From Octopus sinensis (lineage: Eukaryota): a stretch of DNA of 64,000 bases. The stretch lies in the NCBI RefSeq assembly GCF_006345805.1, contig NC_043011.1, forward strand, positions 5,580,001 through 5,644,000, read 5' to 3'. The notes beneath the pieces are model-generated. The model was given only the letters and a program-made list of their open reading frames with translations, did not search any database and was not told where the DNA came from. How positions within the stretch are numbered: position 1 is the stretch's first letter; each line of letters begins with the position of its first letter. Position numbers and translations under genes: made by a program. Shown here piece after piece: positions 27,702 to 40,099 of this stretch.

Positions 27702-27974
27702 ACGAGAAAACAAGACTGAGCCAACGAAACAAAGTCAAGATTGAAAAGAAAAAAAAACAATCAAAACCCATCTAAAACACATTGACTCTCATTAATTCAC
27801 CTCACTTAAATTATTACTTATTTATGGAATACTTTTGATCATATATAAGTATTACCACGGCCTTTAACCATGCCTTTTTTTTAATCTGTCTCTGTCTCAT
27901 CTGAGCACGTCTTTCTCTCGCAGTCTCATGAACTTTCTTGCCTTCATAAAAAGAGGCAAAAATAGTTTCTTGTC

Positions 27975-28007
<33 letters not shown>

Positions 28008-28109
28008 TCATATGATTGAAACGAAATGGGAACTGATTTACTGCTATCTCAGGTTTTTATTTTTGATGTTCTGTATAAATTCTAAAAATTGTTTACACAG
28101 CCAATTGTT

Positions 28110-28165
28110 GACCATGATGATGATCATCCTCATCATCATTATCATCATCATCATCATCATCATCA

Positions 28166-28212
<47 letters not shown>

Positions 28213-28249
28213 TATCATCATCATCATCATATCATTATTATTAGAATTG

Positions 28250-28332
<83 letters not shown>

Positions 28333-28380
28333 GTTGTTGTTGGTGTTGTGACTGCTTTTATTATTGTTGCTATTGCCATT
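28110..28380. repeat. (CAT)n + (TTA)n microsatellite
   Basis: Seen directly. Confidence 0.97.
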
Positions 28381-28501
28381 ATTCTTATTATATAAAAAAT
28401 GGCTCATTACGAAAGTAAGTCCGTATATACACATTCATAGTTACAACCACATCTTGTGAAAGACAAGTTTTACTTTTAGTTTTATCCATCCATCCATCCA
28501 T

Positions 28502-28570
<69 letters not shown>

Positions 28571-28797
28571 TCTTTTTCACCACAATTTTCTCTCACTCTT
28601 TCTTCCTGTTTCTGTTGCCCCAAAGGAGCCAGCCTTGTCGCACTCTGTGTCTCGCTGAATCTCCCCGAGAGCTACATTAAGGGTACACATGTCTGTGGAG
28701 TGCTCAGCCACTTGTACGTTAATTTCACGAGCGGGTTGTTCCGTTGATCGGATCAACTTGAACCCTCGTCGTAACCGACGCAGTGCTACAACGATGC

Positions 28798-28876
<79 letters not shown>

Positions 28877-29268
28877 ATATATAGATATATATATATACTA
28901 GCGTGCCCGTTTCATCAAAACTTTTATAACTGATAGAAAATGGCTTTATCAAATCAATGAGAGAAACCATTGATAAATTCAACATTTGAGAAAATATATG
29001 TGTACAGAATTGAAGCCCTTGCAGAATCAGATGCTGTGGTAATGTCTTTATATATGTGGTTGCTATGATATGTGTTGATGTTATGGTATATACTCTAGAA
29101 TAAAAATGTTGTTGCTAATATTAACATATTCTGTGATAATATGGTTGCTATGACATGTTGATTTAACGATCATACACTCTGACATTAATATCGTCTTACT
29201 AAGCTGGTTGCTATAGAATGTCAGTTCTAGTATTGTTACAAGTGTAGTTAATATCTTTGCGGTTTCTA

Positions 29269-29471
29269 AGGCGGCGAGTTGGCAGAAACGTTAGCACGCC
29301 GGGTGAAATGCTTAGCGGTATTACGTCCGTCTTTACGTTCTGAGTTCAAATATTGCCGCGGTTTACATTGCTTTTCATCCTGCCTTAATCGATAAAATAA
29401 GTACCAGTCGAACAATGGAGCCAATTTAATCCCCAAAACTGCTGGCAGTATACCAAAATTTGAAACCAATA
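29269..29471 (+). mobile_element. SINE family 2
   Basis: ggcggcgagttggcagaaacgttagcacgccggg..ctgagttcaaat..cttttcatcc..gataaaataagtaccag. Confidence 0.85.
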
Positions 29472-29712
29472 ACCATTGATTGTCTTAGCATTACAACACG
29501 ATTAGCAGAAAATTTTCTTTCATCCAGCTGGACAATATACTTGGATTATCACAAAGGATTTTCCTCCTCAAGCCAATGAAAAACCATTCGACTGTCTATG
29601 TATGCATGTGTGTGTTTTTATTTAATTACATGATTCACTCCATGGGGTGGTCAGTTATTTTCCAGTCTTTCAAAGGTTTAGAAATTACTTCGATATTTAA
29701 GGTAAATTCTTT

Positions 29713-29890
29713 TCTACTCTAGGCACAAGGCCCGAAATTTAGGGGGAGGGACCTAGTCGATTAGATCGACCCTAGTATGCAACTGGTACTTAATTTATCG
29801 ACCCTAAAAAGATGAAAGACAAAGTCGACCTCGGCGGAAACCGCTAAGCATTTCGCCCGGCGTGCTAACGTTTCTGTCAGCTCGCCGCCT
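29713..29890 (-). mobile_element. SINE family 2
   Basis: Reverse-complement match to 29269-29471, with an internal deletion. Confidence 0.85.
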
Positions 29891-31658
29891 TTCCACAGAA
29901 TGATACTGCAGGCGGTATCCATGGGTATTAGCAGTAGACAGACGACTGGCTACTTTAAAAAAAAAAGCGAGTTTAGTCGTTAAGCTACCCGGTACGAATT
30001 GATCCTATAATGTAAAGAAAACTGACCTATCACTTCTTCCACTTCATGAATTACAAGATTCAAAATAAATTTTCATAAATTATTTTTGTAGATGATCATA
30101 GATTTTTACACATATTCATTCATATTCCAAATTTCCATGTTTTCATAAATTATAATAAAATGTTTTCCATAAATTTTCATAAATTATTATACAATTTTTC
30201 ATACATGTTGATAAATTTTCATAAGTATTTATATATATTTTATATATTCTTGTTTTATTTGTTTTGTTTCGTTTTTATTTTGATACAAATTTTAATGAGG
30301 AAGAATAAAAAGTGAAGCTGTGAAAATTAAACAGTGTTTTTTTTTCTTTTTATTTGCTTTATTGTATTTGTTTCTGGATGTAGTATTCTGGGCAGATTGC
30401 AAAGAAGTCTGCAAGTTGTGATCTTGGCCCCTTATGAGCCAGGGAAACCGGGTAAATAACCTTACCTGTTGTGCAGTTCAAGAAAGCAAAGTTATATCTG
30501 GTCGTGGGGTGAAGAAATTCGTGGTTCGGTCCCGCTACGCATACCTTAGGGGATGAAAAGATGTCCGAATAAAATAATAAAACAGGGACAACGAACAAAA
30601 GGTCTTTAGTTTTATCGGAGGTGTGACTCTTTACGCTAAGATGGACTTTTTGCCTCTTATGACAGCAATATCAAAACCACTATAGCAAAGTACTGAGGAC
30701 GATATAATCCACAAAAAACTTTCAAGGCAGTGGTGCTCCAGCGTGGCCACAGTACAAAGGTTGAAATGAGTAAATGAGTGACCAGAAACAACAAGAATCC
30801 GCATTAAGCGTCAAGTTTGGTTTAGTGGACGAATATATCCAGAAGTAATTTCCAGTTTATGTTTTACTAGCTGAGTATCCGTCGTTACCAGGTAATTTTC
30901 ACAGTAGAATACCTTTACAGATTTTCCGAATAGCACACCTTCATAAGTTGGGTGTTATCCGTTTTGACGGGGATGTTTCAAAAATTTCTTTCATCGCATC
31001 CTTTCAAATGATAAGAAAGTGGGGAAGTGCTTATGAAAATATTTTTGAAAATTTATGAACACCCCTCCCCCTTTCCGGACAAATCTTGTCCTTTTTATTT
31101 TTTTTGCATTAGGCAATTAAAAACAATGTGAGGTACCTTTTTAGTAAAAAAAAGATAAAAAATTGAACATAACACTTAAACGGTGCGAGAAGCCATTTCA
31201 ATCTCCAATTCTTTTATTTTCAAATAGAAAATGAAACTTAATTTAAAAACAATGATGAAATTAAAAATTTTATTTTCATTAACACCCTCACCCCACCCCC
31301 AAAATCTTCTAAAATTTTGGCTTTTTTCAAAATAATTTTTTAATCATAATATTTTTAACCCTAACCTTAATCTGAATCAGCATTTTGTTTCTGTATATAA
31401 TTTCAATATAATTTTCAGACGAAAAGGTGATTTAAAGAAGATTTAGCTGTCGTTTCTAGCACGTCCTATGCCCATCTTGTACCTTCCTCGTTTCTTTGTC
31501 ACTCTGACATATATTAATGTTTTTTCAATATTTTTCTCCACACAAACACATTTTATGGAATGATTAATGTAGTGGTTTATTGCTACGGTTTAAGCAAACA
31601 CCACAAAATACATTTGTAATATAACGTTTTAATCACTCTATCACCCTAATGAAATTCC

Positions 31659-31702
<44 letters not shown>

Positions 31703-32150
31703 CTCAGTGTGAGCGACATTCTTTTATAGAGAGTGAGAAAGTTTAACATGACAAAATAAAAGAGATGACAATAAAAAGGAAATCTTTTCTGTTGTCACAG
31801 ATTTTCAAAATCTAAAATTAAGTGAAAATTGCTGTACTTTTTTTTTTACGACGAATCTGCGTCTGCGATTCATTTATTCAGAAAAATTTTAGAAAAATAT
31901 TACAGAAATTTAAAGGTTAATTACTTTTGCCCAATCAGAAAACAGGATTTGGAAGCTAAGCAATTTGCATGTGATAAATTGAGTATCATGAAAATGAAAG
32001 TAACCGTGACAAGCCGCAGATTTAAACCGAGGTTTCTCATTTTTACCTATGGATCCTTTGATTTCCATTTTACATGGACCCATTCGATGTTTAAAAACTC
32101 TTATTCTTTTAAATTAGATATTATTAAGACTTGTATAAGTATTCTTTGCT

Positions 32151-32539
32151 ACTCTAGGCGCAAGGCTCGAAATTTTGGCGGGAGAGCACCAGTCGATTAG
32201 ATCAACCCCAGTACGCAACTGGTACTTGATTTATAGAGCCCTGGATGAAAGGCAAAGTCGACCTCGGCGGAATTTGAACTCAGAACGTAGCGGCAGACGA
32301 AATACCTATTTCTTTACTACCCACAAGGGGCTAAACACAGAGAGGACAAACAAGGACAGACAAACGGATTAAGTTGATTACATCGACCCCAGTGCGTAAC
32401 TAGTATTTAATTTATCGAACCCGAAAGGATGAAAGGCAAAGTCGGCCTCGGCGGAATTTGAACTCAGAATGTAGCGGCAGACGAAATACCGCTAAGCATT
32501 TCGCCCGGCGTGCTTACGACTCTGCCAATTCGCCGCCTT
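32151..32539 (-). mobile_element. SINE family 2, two adjacent copies
   Basis: The core aaggcaaagtcg(a/g)cctcggcggaatttgaactcagaa occurs twice. Confidence 0.85.
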
Positions 32540-33247
32540 AAGGACTTGTATAAATATTGCTAAAATAGTTTGTGTGTTGTGGACGTAAAAACCAATTTGT
32601 TGCGCACAAACTTCACTAGTCTAATGCAGTTTTTTCATGGCCCCCTGAAAAATTACTGTGTTTCCCTAATTTTCAATATTGCATCTGTGGACCCCAAGAG
32701 TCTATATCAGGGGTTCTCAACAATTTTTTTCTATGGACCCACTTTGATTACTGTTTCATTCTGTTGGGCCCCTATAGTCATTTGATGTTTAAAAACTAGT
32801 TTTCTAGAAACCTCTTTCAAAATTCTTACTTCGCTATTCACATATTAACTTGTCTAGGTTGAATTATATAAAATGCAAGAGAATGAAACCTAGTTGTTTC
32901 TTGCAATACATACAAATACATTTCAAGGACCCTTAAAATACTATTTTAGATCCCCAGCTTAGTATTTTGTTGCGTGCATCCCCAAAACTCTCGGGGACTA
33001 TATGCCCCATCCCCGCCCCGGTTGACAATTCCTGCTTTAAACAAAATGGAAGCAATGCGTAACAGTTAATACATATACAAAGTGAGGGGCTGTCGAAACT
33101 CGTAGCAAATTATATATTTTTTATTATTATTTACGGACGACATTGCGTTTGGGCTTAGATTTCGAAAATCAAATTCGTTTTCCTCTAGAATGTACCGTCT
33201 CAGAGCCTTCTGGGGCTAAACACATATCCATAACTACAAACACTCAC

Positions 33248-33289
<42 letters not shown>

Positions 33290-33336
33290 AAGCAGAAATT
33301 TAACAAAAGCTGTTACTCGGAGTTTCACGTTCCCAA

Positions 33337-33374
33337 CTGTCCGACGAACGGGAACGTGAAACTCCGAGTAACAG
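33337..33374 (+). ncRNA. Minimal hammerhead ribozyme-like motif (U4C core variant)
   Basis: CTGT-CCGACGA-ACG(GGAA)CGT-GAAAC-TCCGA-GTA-ACAG: stems I and II pair and the cleavage triplet is GUA. Confidence 0.5.
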
Positions 33375-33486
33375 CTTTTGTTAAATTTATGCTGCTTTTA
33401 AATAAAGCATATTACTCTACCTCTGGTATTTGAGTACTCTTTTTTCCACCTTGTGTTTACTCAGGTAACATTTATGTGTTTACCCC

Positions 33487-33542
<56 letters not shown>

Positions 33543-35247
33543 CATACATACATACATCATACATACATACATACATACATACATACATACATACGTACAT
33601 ACATTAATACATCAATACATACATACATACATACATACATACATACATACAACATACATACATACAAGCATTTTTTCAACATATTTTATGTTTTATCTTT
33701 TAAGTGTTTCAATCGTTAAATTGCGACCATGTTGGGGCAACTGCCTTGAAGAACTTTTAGTTGAATAAATCGACCTAAGTGCTAATTTCTTTTTAAGCCT
33801 GATACTTATTCCATCGGTATCTTTTGCCGAACTGCTAAGTTACGGGCGCACATACGCACACACACACACACACACACACACCAACACCGGTTGTCAAACG
33901 GTAGTACAGGACAAACACAGATGCAAAGATGCGCGAGGGCGCACACACACAGATACACGCACGAACGCACACACACACATACACACGTACATATGCACAC
34001 ACACAAATATATATATATATATTTACGGCGAGCTTCTTTCGGTTTCCGTCAACCAAATCCACTCACACGTCTTTGCTTGGCCAAAGTCTATAATTGAAGA
34101 CTCTAACCCAAGGTACCGTACAGTAAAATTGAACTTGAAGCCATGTGGTTGGGAAGCAAACTTCTCACCACACAGCCTCGGCTGCGCCATATTCATTTTT
34201 ATGTTCACTACTAGCATTGGTGAGTAGATCTGTAAACCCGAAGTGCATTGCCTCTTAACGTTTCGGGGATTTTACACACCTCAAGAATATTATTCATATC
34301 ATCTAACTTACCAAAATATTTACCTACATGGTACATGGATACATGCAGGCATACATACATTCATACATGCATAGATACATACATGCAGGCATGCATACAT
34401 ACATACATGTTCCCATACATAAATATATATATACATATATACAAGCATGCATGCATACATATATGCATGCATACATACATACATTCATGCATGCACACAC
34501 AGACATACATGCGTGCGTACATACATATATGCATACATACATGCGTGCATACATACATACATGATGCATGCATACATACATGCACACATATATTTATATA
34601 TACATACAAGCATGCACACATGAATATATACATACATGCATACATATATACATGCATACATATATACATGCATACATACATGTTGGCTGCCCCCTCGTTA
34701 TCGAGTATGGCCATTGCATGAAGCTTAATCAATGTTGTTATCGTGCAATGCCTGTGCAAGAAGATTTTTTTTAAAGTGAGGAAAGGCTTTGCACTGAGTC
34801 AATCCCACTCACTAAGCAACAGCAGCCATAATCCGAAAAGAAGAACAAGTCATCGGTAACCACTGAACCGCAGGTTTTATGTCGGAGTTATCCCAGTTTC
34901 CTGAGTTACCTTCTCCTAGAAGGATTCCCTAACAAAGGCTAGGAGTCCTTCACTCCCAATGGTTTAACCGCGCGATCGAGTATTCAGTCCGATTATTTCT
35001 ATGTCCCCGCGCATGATACAGCCTTAAGACATTTATTGGATGGCCGTTGACTCTCAAGAGTTCCTCCGCCCTTTGACGGGTTTTGTTTTTCCTCCCGCAG
35101 TCCTAATAATAATAAACACCCTCCTCACCAAGCATGCATACATACATAGACACATACACACATGCATACATACGTAGGTACATACACGCATACATACATG
35201 CATACATGCGTACATACATACATGCATATGTTTTCAGAAAATGTAAT

Positions 35248-35340
35248 GCAGTTTTTAAATTCTTCTTCGATAGATCTTTCTGGAGTTCTTTTGCATTTTA
35301 TGGAAATGAGTGTCTTTTAAATTTGAATTCCAAATATATT
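35248..35340 (-). pseudogene. Decayed fragment of a third glycosyltransferase copy
   Basis: The minus strand reads LISIKCKRTPERSIEEEFKNC, versus NISANCKWIPQRSVEEEFKNC in both intact genes; the DNA matches 36608-36650 (gtttttaaattcttcttcga.agatcttt); there is an in-frame stop upstream. Confidence 0.7.
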
Positions 35341-35746
35341 CAGTATCTTCTGCCATCTTACTCGTCTTTTTTATTAAATAGTCATTAATCTATCAATTAT
35401 GCCCCTTCAGTTCTATTCCGTTGGACGATGCTGAAAAGCTACAAGTCCACCATCTTGACTCTTATAGCAGACGATATGTAGTGGAAAGAGACGGCATATT
35501 CAAAACAGAACACATCCATCTTTTACTATTTGCTGGAATGAAACGTTAGAAATAACAGTTGGTAAATTAATTTTAGTAATCTCTTCAAATTATTTGCTGA
35601 ACCAAAGTTAAATTGCATTTTTCTCTTTAATCAATATTCGAACGTACCCTAGGAATAATTTTTACTGGCCCTCATTAATGTTCAATGAGCTATTCTTACT
35701 TTCTCTCTGCCTCTGTCTCTCTCTCTCCTTCTGTGTGTGTGTGTCA

Positions 35747-35809
<63 letters not shown>

Positions 35810-36286
35810 TCTCTCTCTCCCGGTATCATACTGAGCAAATATCAAACTGGCAACTTTATAACGAGTCAAAAAAATTATTTCTTTCATTCCAGTTCTCACT
35901 CCTCTCTCTCTCTCTCAGCTCCCTTCTCCTTTCTCGCTTTTTCTCCCCAGCCTTCTTGTTTTCTTTTTGGTTGTCTTCTAAAGCTATATATAATTGTAAA
36001 CAAGCTGCCGTTACAAATATATGAAACAATATGTATACCAACCAGTTAATTTCACATGCAAATATTGTATGGCGATGAAGCAATAACAAGAAATAATATT
36101 TTTTTGAAATATATATTAAAACAAACAATTTTTAGTCGCTGCTAATTGGTGTACGGAAAAGTCAAAACAAACGCTTCACTTTCAGAGAAATTCATTCCAA
36201 ATAGTGACAGTTTCAATAAATACTATGATTGATTTGACTAAATATCATGATTGATGTTTCAAATAAAAATAGAAATAGGAAGAGAT

Positions 36287-38290
36287 TTACCACATATCAT
36301 CATATGTCTGGTTTAGGTAAGCACCCGTAGAATTGATAGATGTCGTTTTTAAACCTAAAGTCAGACTGCTAGTACTTCCAAGAACACTAACTTGTAGGTG
36401 CTGCTTTGAAGTTGAAATTACACTTCGGGAGGATTTCAGGTCCATAGTTAGTGATGTTAGCCCAGTAAACAGCGGAAGAAGAAATAAAGTGATCAACATA
36501 CAGAGAATAATGCTTGAACTTGGGACAAAAATCACTACCACCGGAGCAACAACAGCGGCCAATAAAGTGTACATCCATAAGTGTTTCAGACTGGAGAGGA
36601 AAGGATTACAGTTTTTAAATTCTTCTTCGACAGATCTTTGTGGAATCCATTTACAATTGGCGGAAATATTCGCCTGGATTGCACGAAAGATGCGTACGCA
36701 ACCAACAATGGCTTCAGGCGTAAATTGTAAAAATGATGTCAAAATTTCTATAATGATGTATTTAGCGTTTGATTTGGTACACGTAGCAAATTTAGGGAAA
36801 ACAAGAACCAAGAACATGATTATAAAGATTGGTGCATGCGGATACCTTAGGTCTATACCAACGTGTAAACAAATAAATATAAGTAAGAAAGGTTTCATCA
36901 ACATCTGTCTTAATGCCGAATGGGCAATATAAGCCGTAACGAAATCAAGTTTACTTTCGGTCCTCAGAACTGTTTTATTAAACTTATCCCTTTGAAAAAC
37001 TTTCTGTAAGCTCCTAAAAATTACACCAATCGTATTTTTCCAGAAGTACATGGATAATATAACCTCACCTCGATTCCAACGTCGTTCTCGAATGTTCCAT
37101 GTAACGTAATTAAAACTGGGAGCTTCCAGTAAGAACACTGAGCCGGCATAGTAAGGTTTGAGTAAAGCTGCTTCAAATGTGTCGTGACTAAGAACATCGA
37201 TAGGAACACGTTCAATTAGATTGTCTCTATCCCCGATTATATTTTCGATGTATATACGGTTTTTGATGAGCCCTTTTCCGAAGAAACCACACTGACCAAG
37301 TAATGCTGTGACAGCATTTGTCATTGGCTCGTAGATCATTTGTCTCATCGCTTCCAGTCTCATGTAAATGGTATCGTTTTCATCGCGACTTAGTTTTATA
37401 GATGGTTGGATGATCCCTTTCTCTGGGTTTGCTGCAGCTATCCCGAGAAGCTTTTCTACCGTTCCATCGGGAACCCCTGTATCGGCATCCAATACTAAGG
37501 TGTAATCAAATCGCCGGTTAAATATATTTTGCACGTCAGCTGAATAGTAAAAGGTGGGCTGGTTATAAGGACGGGCCATCTTTCCATAGTATTTCGTGTC
37601 AGTATATGTATAAGCAAAAGATTCTCCCTCAGATAGCAACATTAGGTCTTGATATTGTCCACATTTACGTAAAACTTTACTGGTGCGGTGAATTACCATA
37701 AATTCTCGTGCAAATCGATCACATATTGAATCAAGGTGTTGATGAATGAAAATATTCCCTGGACAGTATTGGTAATACATCCATACGTTCTTAAAACGGT
37801 CTTGGTTGATATCGTCATAGTAGCCATTAGCGAAACAGACACCTTCTTTGAAAAGTTCATCGTATATTAACTTCCGGTATTTATCGCGGCATTCTAACTC
37901 ACGTGATATGAGATTTTCTTTCGAAGTTGCACTAACAAGAACAGCAGATACATTGAAACATAAATTGCCCATGAATGCTTGAAACATTGTCTGGAAACAT
38001 TCTTCAATATCATCAACTGTAACTGCTAACAAGTTATAGTTGAGAATGAGCGTTAAATTGTCGCCTTCAGCCGTTGGGTTTTTCCTTCTGTTGCCGCCGA
38101 CAATCAATGTGGCGATCGTCTGCACGGGGAATTCGTAAACAGATCCTTGTAGGATTCCAAGCACAATGACAAGAATAATACCTTGTGGTATGCTTGTCTT
38201 GTGCCAGTCAATATTGAAAATATTTAGAGCGGCACTACACAGAGCAAAAACGATCCATAACATAAAATACAAAAAACTTCCTATATTCAT
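36287..38290 (-). CDS. Intronless membrane-bound GT-A glycosyltransferase, OpgH(MdoH)/Cgs(GT84)-like putative beta-1,2-glucan synthase, paralogue 2 (667 aa)
   Basis: Same motif set as paralogue 1 (DAD, FFGKG, LSHDTFE, RERRWNRG); only 2 aa differences over ~295 central residues, with divergent termini; in-frame stop 10 codons upstream of the ATG. Confidence 0.85.
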   Translation of the reverse strand: MNIGSFLYFMLWIVFALCSAALNIFNIDWHKTSIPQGIILVIVLGILQGSVYEFPVQTIATLIVGGNRRKNPTAEGDNLTLILNYNLLAVTVDDIEECFQTMFQAFMGNLCFNVSAVLVSATSKENLISRELECRDKYRKLIYDELFKEGVCFANGYYDDINQDRFKNVWMYYQYCPGNIFIHQHLDSICDRFAREFMVIHRTSKVLRKCGQYQDLMLLSEGESFAYTYTDTKYYGKMARPYNQPTFYYSADVQNIFNRRFDYTLVLDADTGVPDGTVEKLLGIAAANPEKGIIQPSIKLSRDENDTIYMRLEAMRQMIYEPMTNAVTALLGQCGFFGKGLIKNRIYIENIIGDRDNLIERVPIDVLSHDTFEAALLKPYYAGSVFLLEAPSFNYVTWNIRERRWNRGEVILSMYFWKNTIGVIFRSLQKVFQRDKFNKTVLRTESKLDFVTAYIAHSALRQMLMKPFLLIFICLHVGIDLRYPHAPIFIIMFLVLVFPKFATCTKSNAKYIIIEILTSFLQFTPEAIVGCVRIFRAIQANISANCKWIPQRSVEEEFKNCNPFLSSLKHLWMYTLLAAVVAPVVVIFVPSSSIILCMLITLFLLPLFTGLTSLTMDLKSSRSVISTSKQHLQVSVLGSTSSLTLGLKTTSINSTGAYLNQTYDDMW

Positions 38291-38637
38291 TGTACATAAT
38301 TCTCTTTTGTCAATCTTTTACTATTTTATAGTTTTACATGTTCTCTTAAATTCTTTTTGTATATCATTTTTATAGTTTAATTTGTTTTGTTGCTTTAAAT
38401 TTTCTTGTAATTACTTTATTCTATATTCGTTTTTCATCTGTGTCCTTATTGGTTACAATTTCTTTCGTTCCTTCTTCGTTATGATTATTTGCGCTTCAAT
38501 GGCTGTTCTTTCCTGTTTACTTCTTTACATTTCGTCGCATTTTATTTTGGAGCACTTCGACAGATTTCCATCTAAAGTACTTCATCGCTCGGGTTTTCTT
38601 CAGACACCATTTTGGTTACATTCTGCCAAGAATAACA

Positions 38638-38700
<63 letters not shown>

Positions 38701-38749
38701 AAGAAGAAGAAGAAGAAGAAGAATAGTAATAATAATTGTTGTTGTTATT

Positions 38750-39100
38750 GTTGTTGTGGTGAATAAAAAAGAAAGAACATGCATGATAATTGGCGTAGCA
38801 TATCCTGAGAAAGAAGAAGAAAAAAATGAACAACTATGACGATTTGAAGTGGGAAATACGAAGGTTGTGGTCAATGAGGAGAGTAGACGTGGTAACGACC
38901 AACACGGCTCCAAAAGATTGGTACAAATGTAAAGGTAGAACACCGACAAAAATCAGCATTGCTTGGAGCTGCAAGAATTCTTTTCAGGGTTCTTGAAGCG
39001 TGACCGGTAAACAAATGTCACCTTGGTCCGCTGACAGTGGATCGACGACGCTTTCTATCATACTCAGTAAAATAAACTGTGAGTTTTCAGTAAAGAACAA
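38750..39100 (+). mobile_element. R4/Dong-like LINE 3' end with RLE endonuclease remnant
   Basis: VVNKKERTCMIIGVAYP..EEEKMNNYDDLKWEIRRLW..KSALLGAARIL; preceded by (TAA)n(GAA)n at ~38636-38735 and followed by (CAA)/(CTA) repeats. Confidence 0.7.
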
Positions 39101-39149
39101 CAACAACTACTATTACTACTACAATACCAACAACAACAGCAACAACAGT

Positions 39150-39500
39150 GGAGGCGCAATGGCCCAGTGGTTAGGGCAGCGGACTCACGGTCGGAGGATC
39201 GCAGTTTCGATTCCCAGACCGGGCGTTGTGTGTGTTTATTGAGCGAAAACACCTAAAGCTCCATGAGGCTCCGGCAGGGGGTGGTGGCGACCCCTGTTGT
39301 ACTCTTTCGCTCCAACTTTCTGTCACTCTTTCTTCCTGTTTCTTGTCCCCGACTCCCCACGCAACCGCTGAGCCTGGATGCGCATTCATCCATCCGTCGA
39401 TGCTCTCGGTGTCGGGGGTTGACCTGCTTTCTGTTCTGCGGGTCTTACGAATAGCAAAAGGACCTCGTTTCGGACTTCTCCCAAACGCTCAACAGCAACA
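39150..39500 (+). mobile_element. tRNA-derived SINE (family 4)
   Basis: A-box tggcccagtgg, B-box-like gtttcgattccc, ending at (CAA)n; single copy in the window. Confidence 0.65.
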
Positions 39501-40099
39501 ACAATAAAGAAAATGGTATGCAGAAGAAGAGGAGAATAAACATTGTAAGAGGCGAATTGAAACAAAGAGTGAGAGCAAAGATTCGAGAAGATAAAACAAT
39601 ATTGGAATTAAGTGCTTTAAAATAATCAGAAGAAATTGTTTGAAAAACATTGTGGTCGGCGGGAAAATTAGAAATACATGGAGATGAAGTATTAAATATA
39701 GAGAAAAATAGAAAGTGCTGAGGTGATTAATGGAGCAAGAAAAATATCTACGCACAGGATGTAGATCTGTGGTCCCTGAGGGTACATATAAGATTTTTTA
39801 GGATCCGCGTAACAAAATAATAAACTGAGGATCTATATTAGAATTTTAAGGGACCCTGAACAATGTTTACTTTAGATGTATGTATTGGTGTGTATTGCAA
39901 GAAAACCCGGGTTTCTTTCTCAAACATAGTTCAATCTACACAACTTAAAGTGTGAAAAACAAAATAGGAATTTTCTAAGTTTCTATAAAACTAGTTTTTA
40001 AATATCGAATGGTTACGGGGGTCTACCAGAATAAAACAGCAATCAAGGGGTCCATAGATTTGTCCTGTCTATATAACTACTACATAGGTTACACATACA

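Noticed and set aside
30466-30544. Possible 79-nt minus-strand exon (..ctaag| .. cag|gtaag)
   Set aside because: The acceptor is AAG, no peptide is recognisable, and no partner exons were found.
25737-38290. Bacterial contamination of the assembly
   Set aside because: There is no operon context or neighbouring bacterial gene; both ORFs are AT-rich, paralogous and interleaved with host SINEs and microsatellites. Only read-level linkage would exclude it fully.
39150-39225. tRNA genes at the SINE heads (also 57380-57450, 44580-44650)
   Set aside because: A/B boxes are present but no complete cloverleaf with acceptor stem was found, and the heads continue into SINE bodies.
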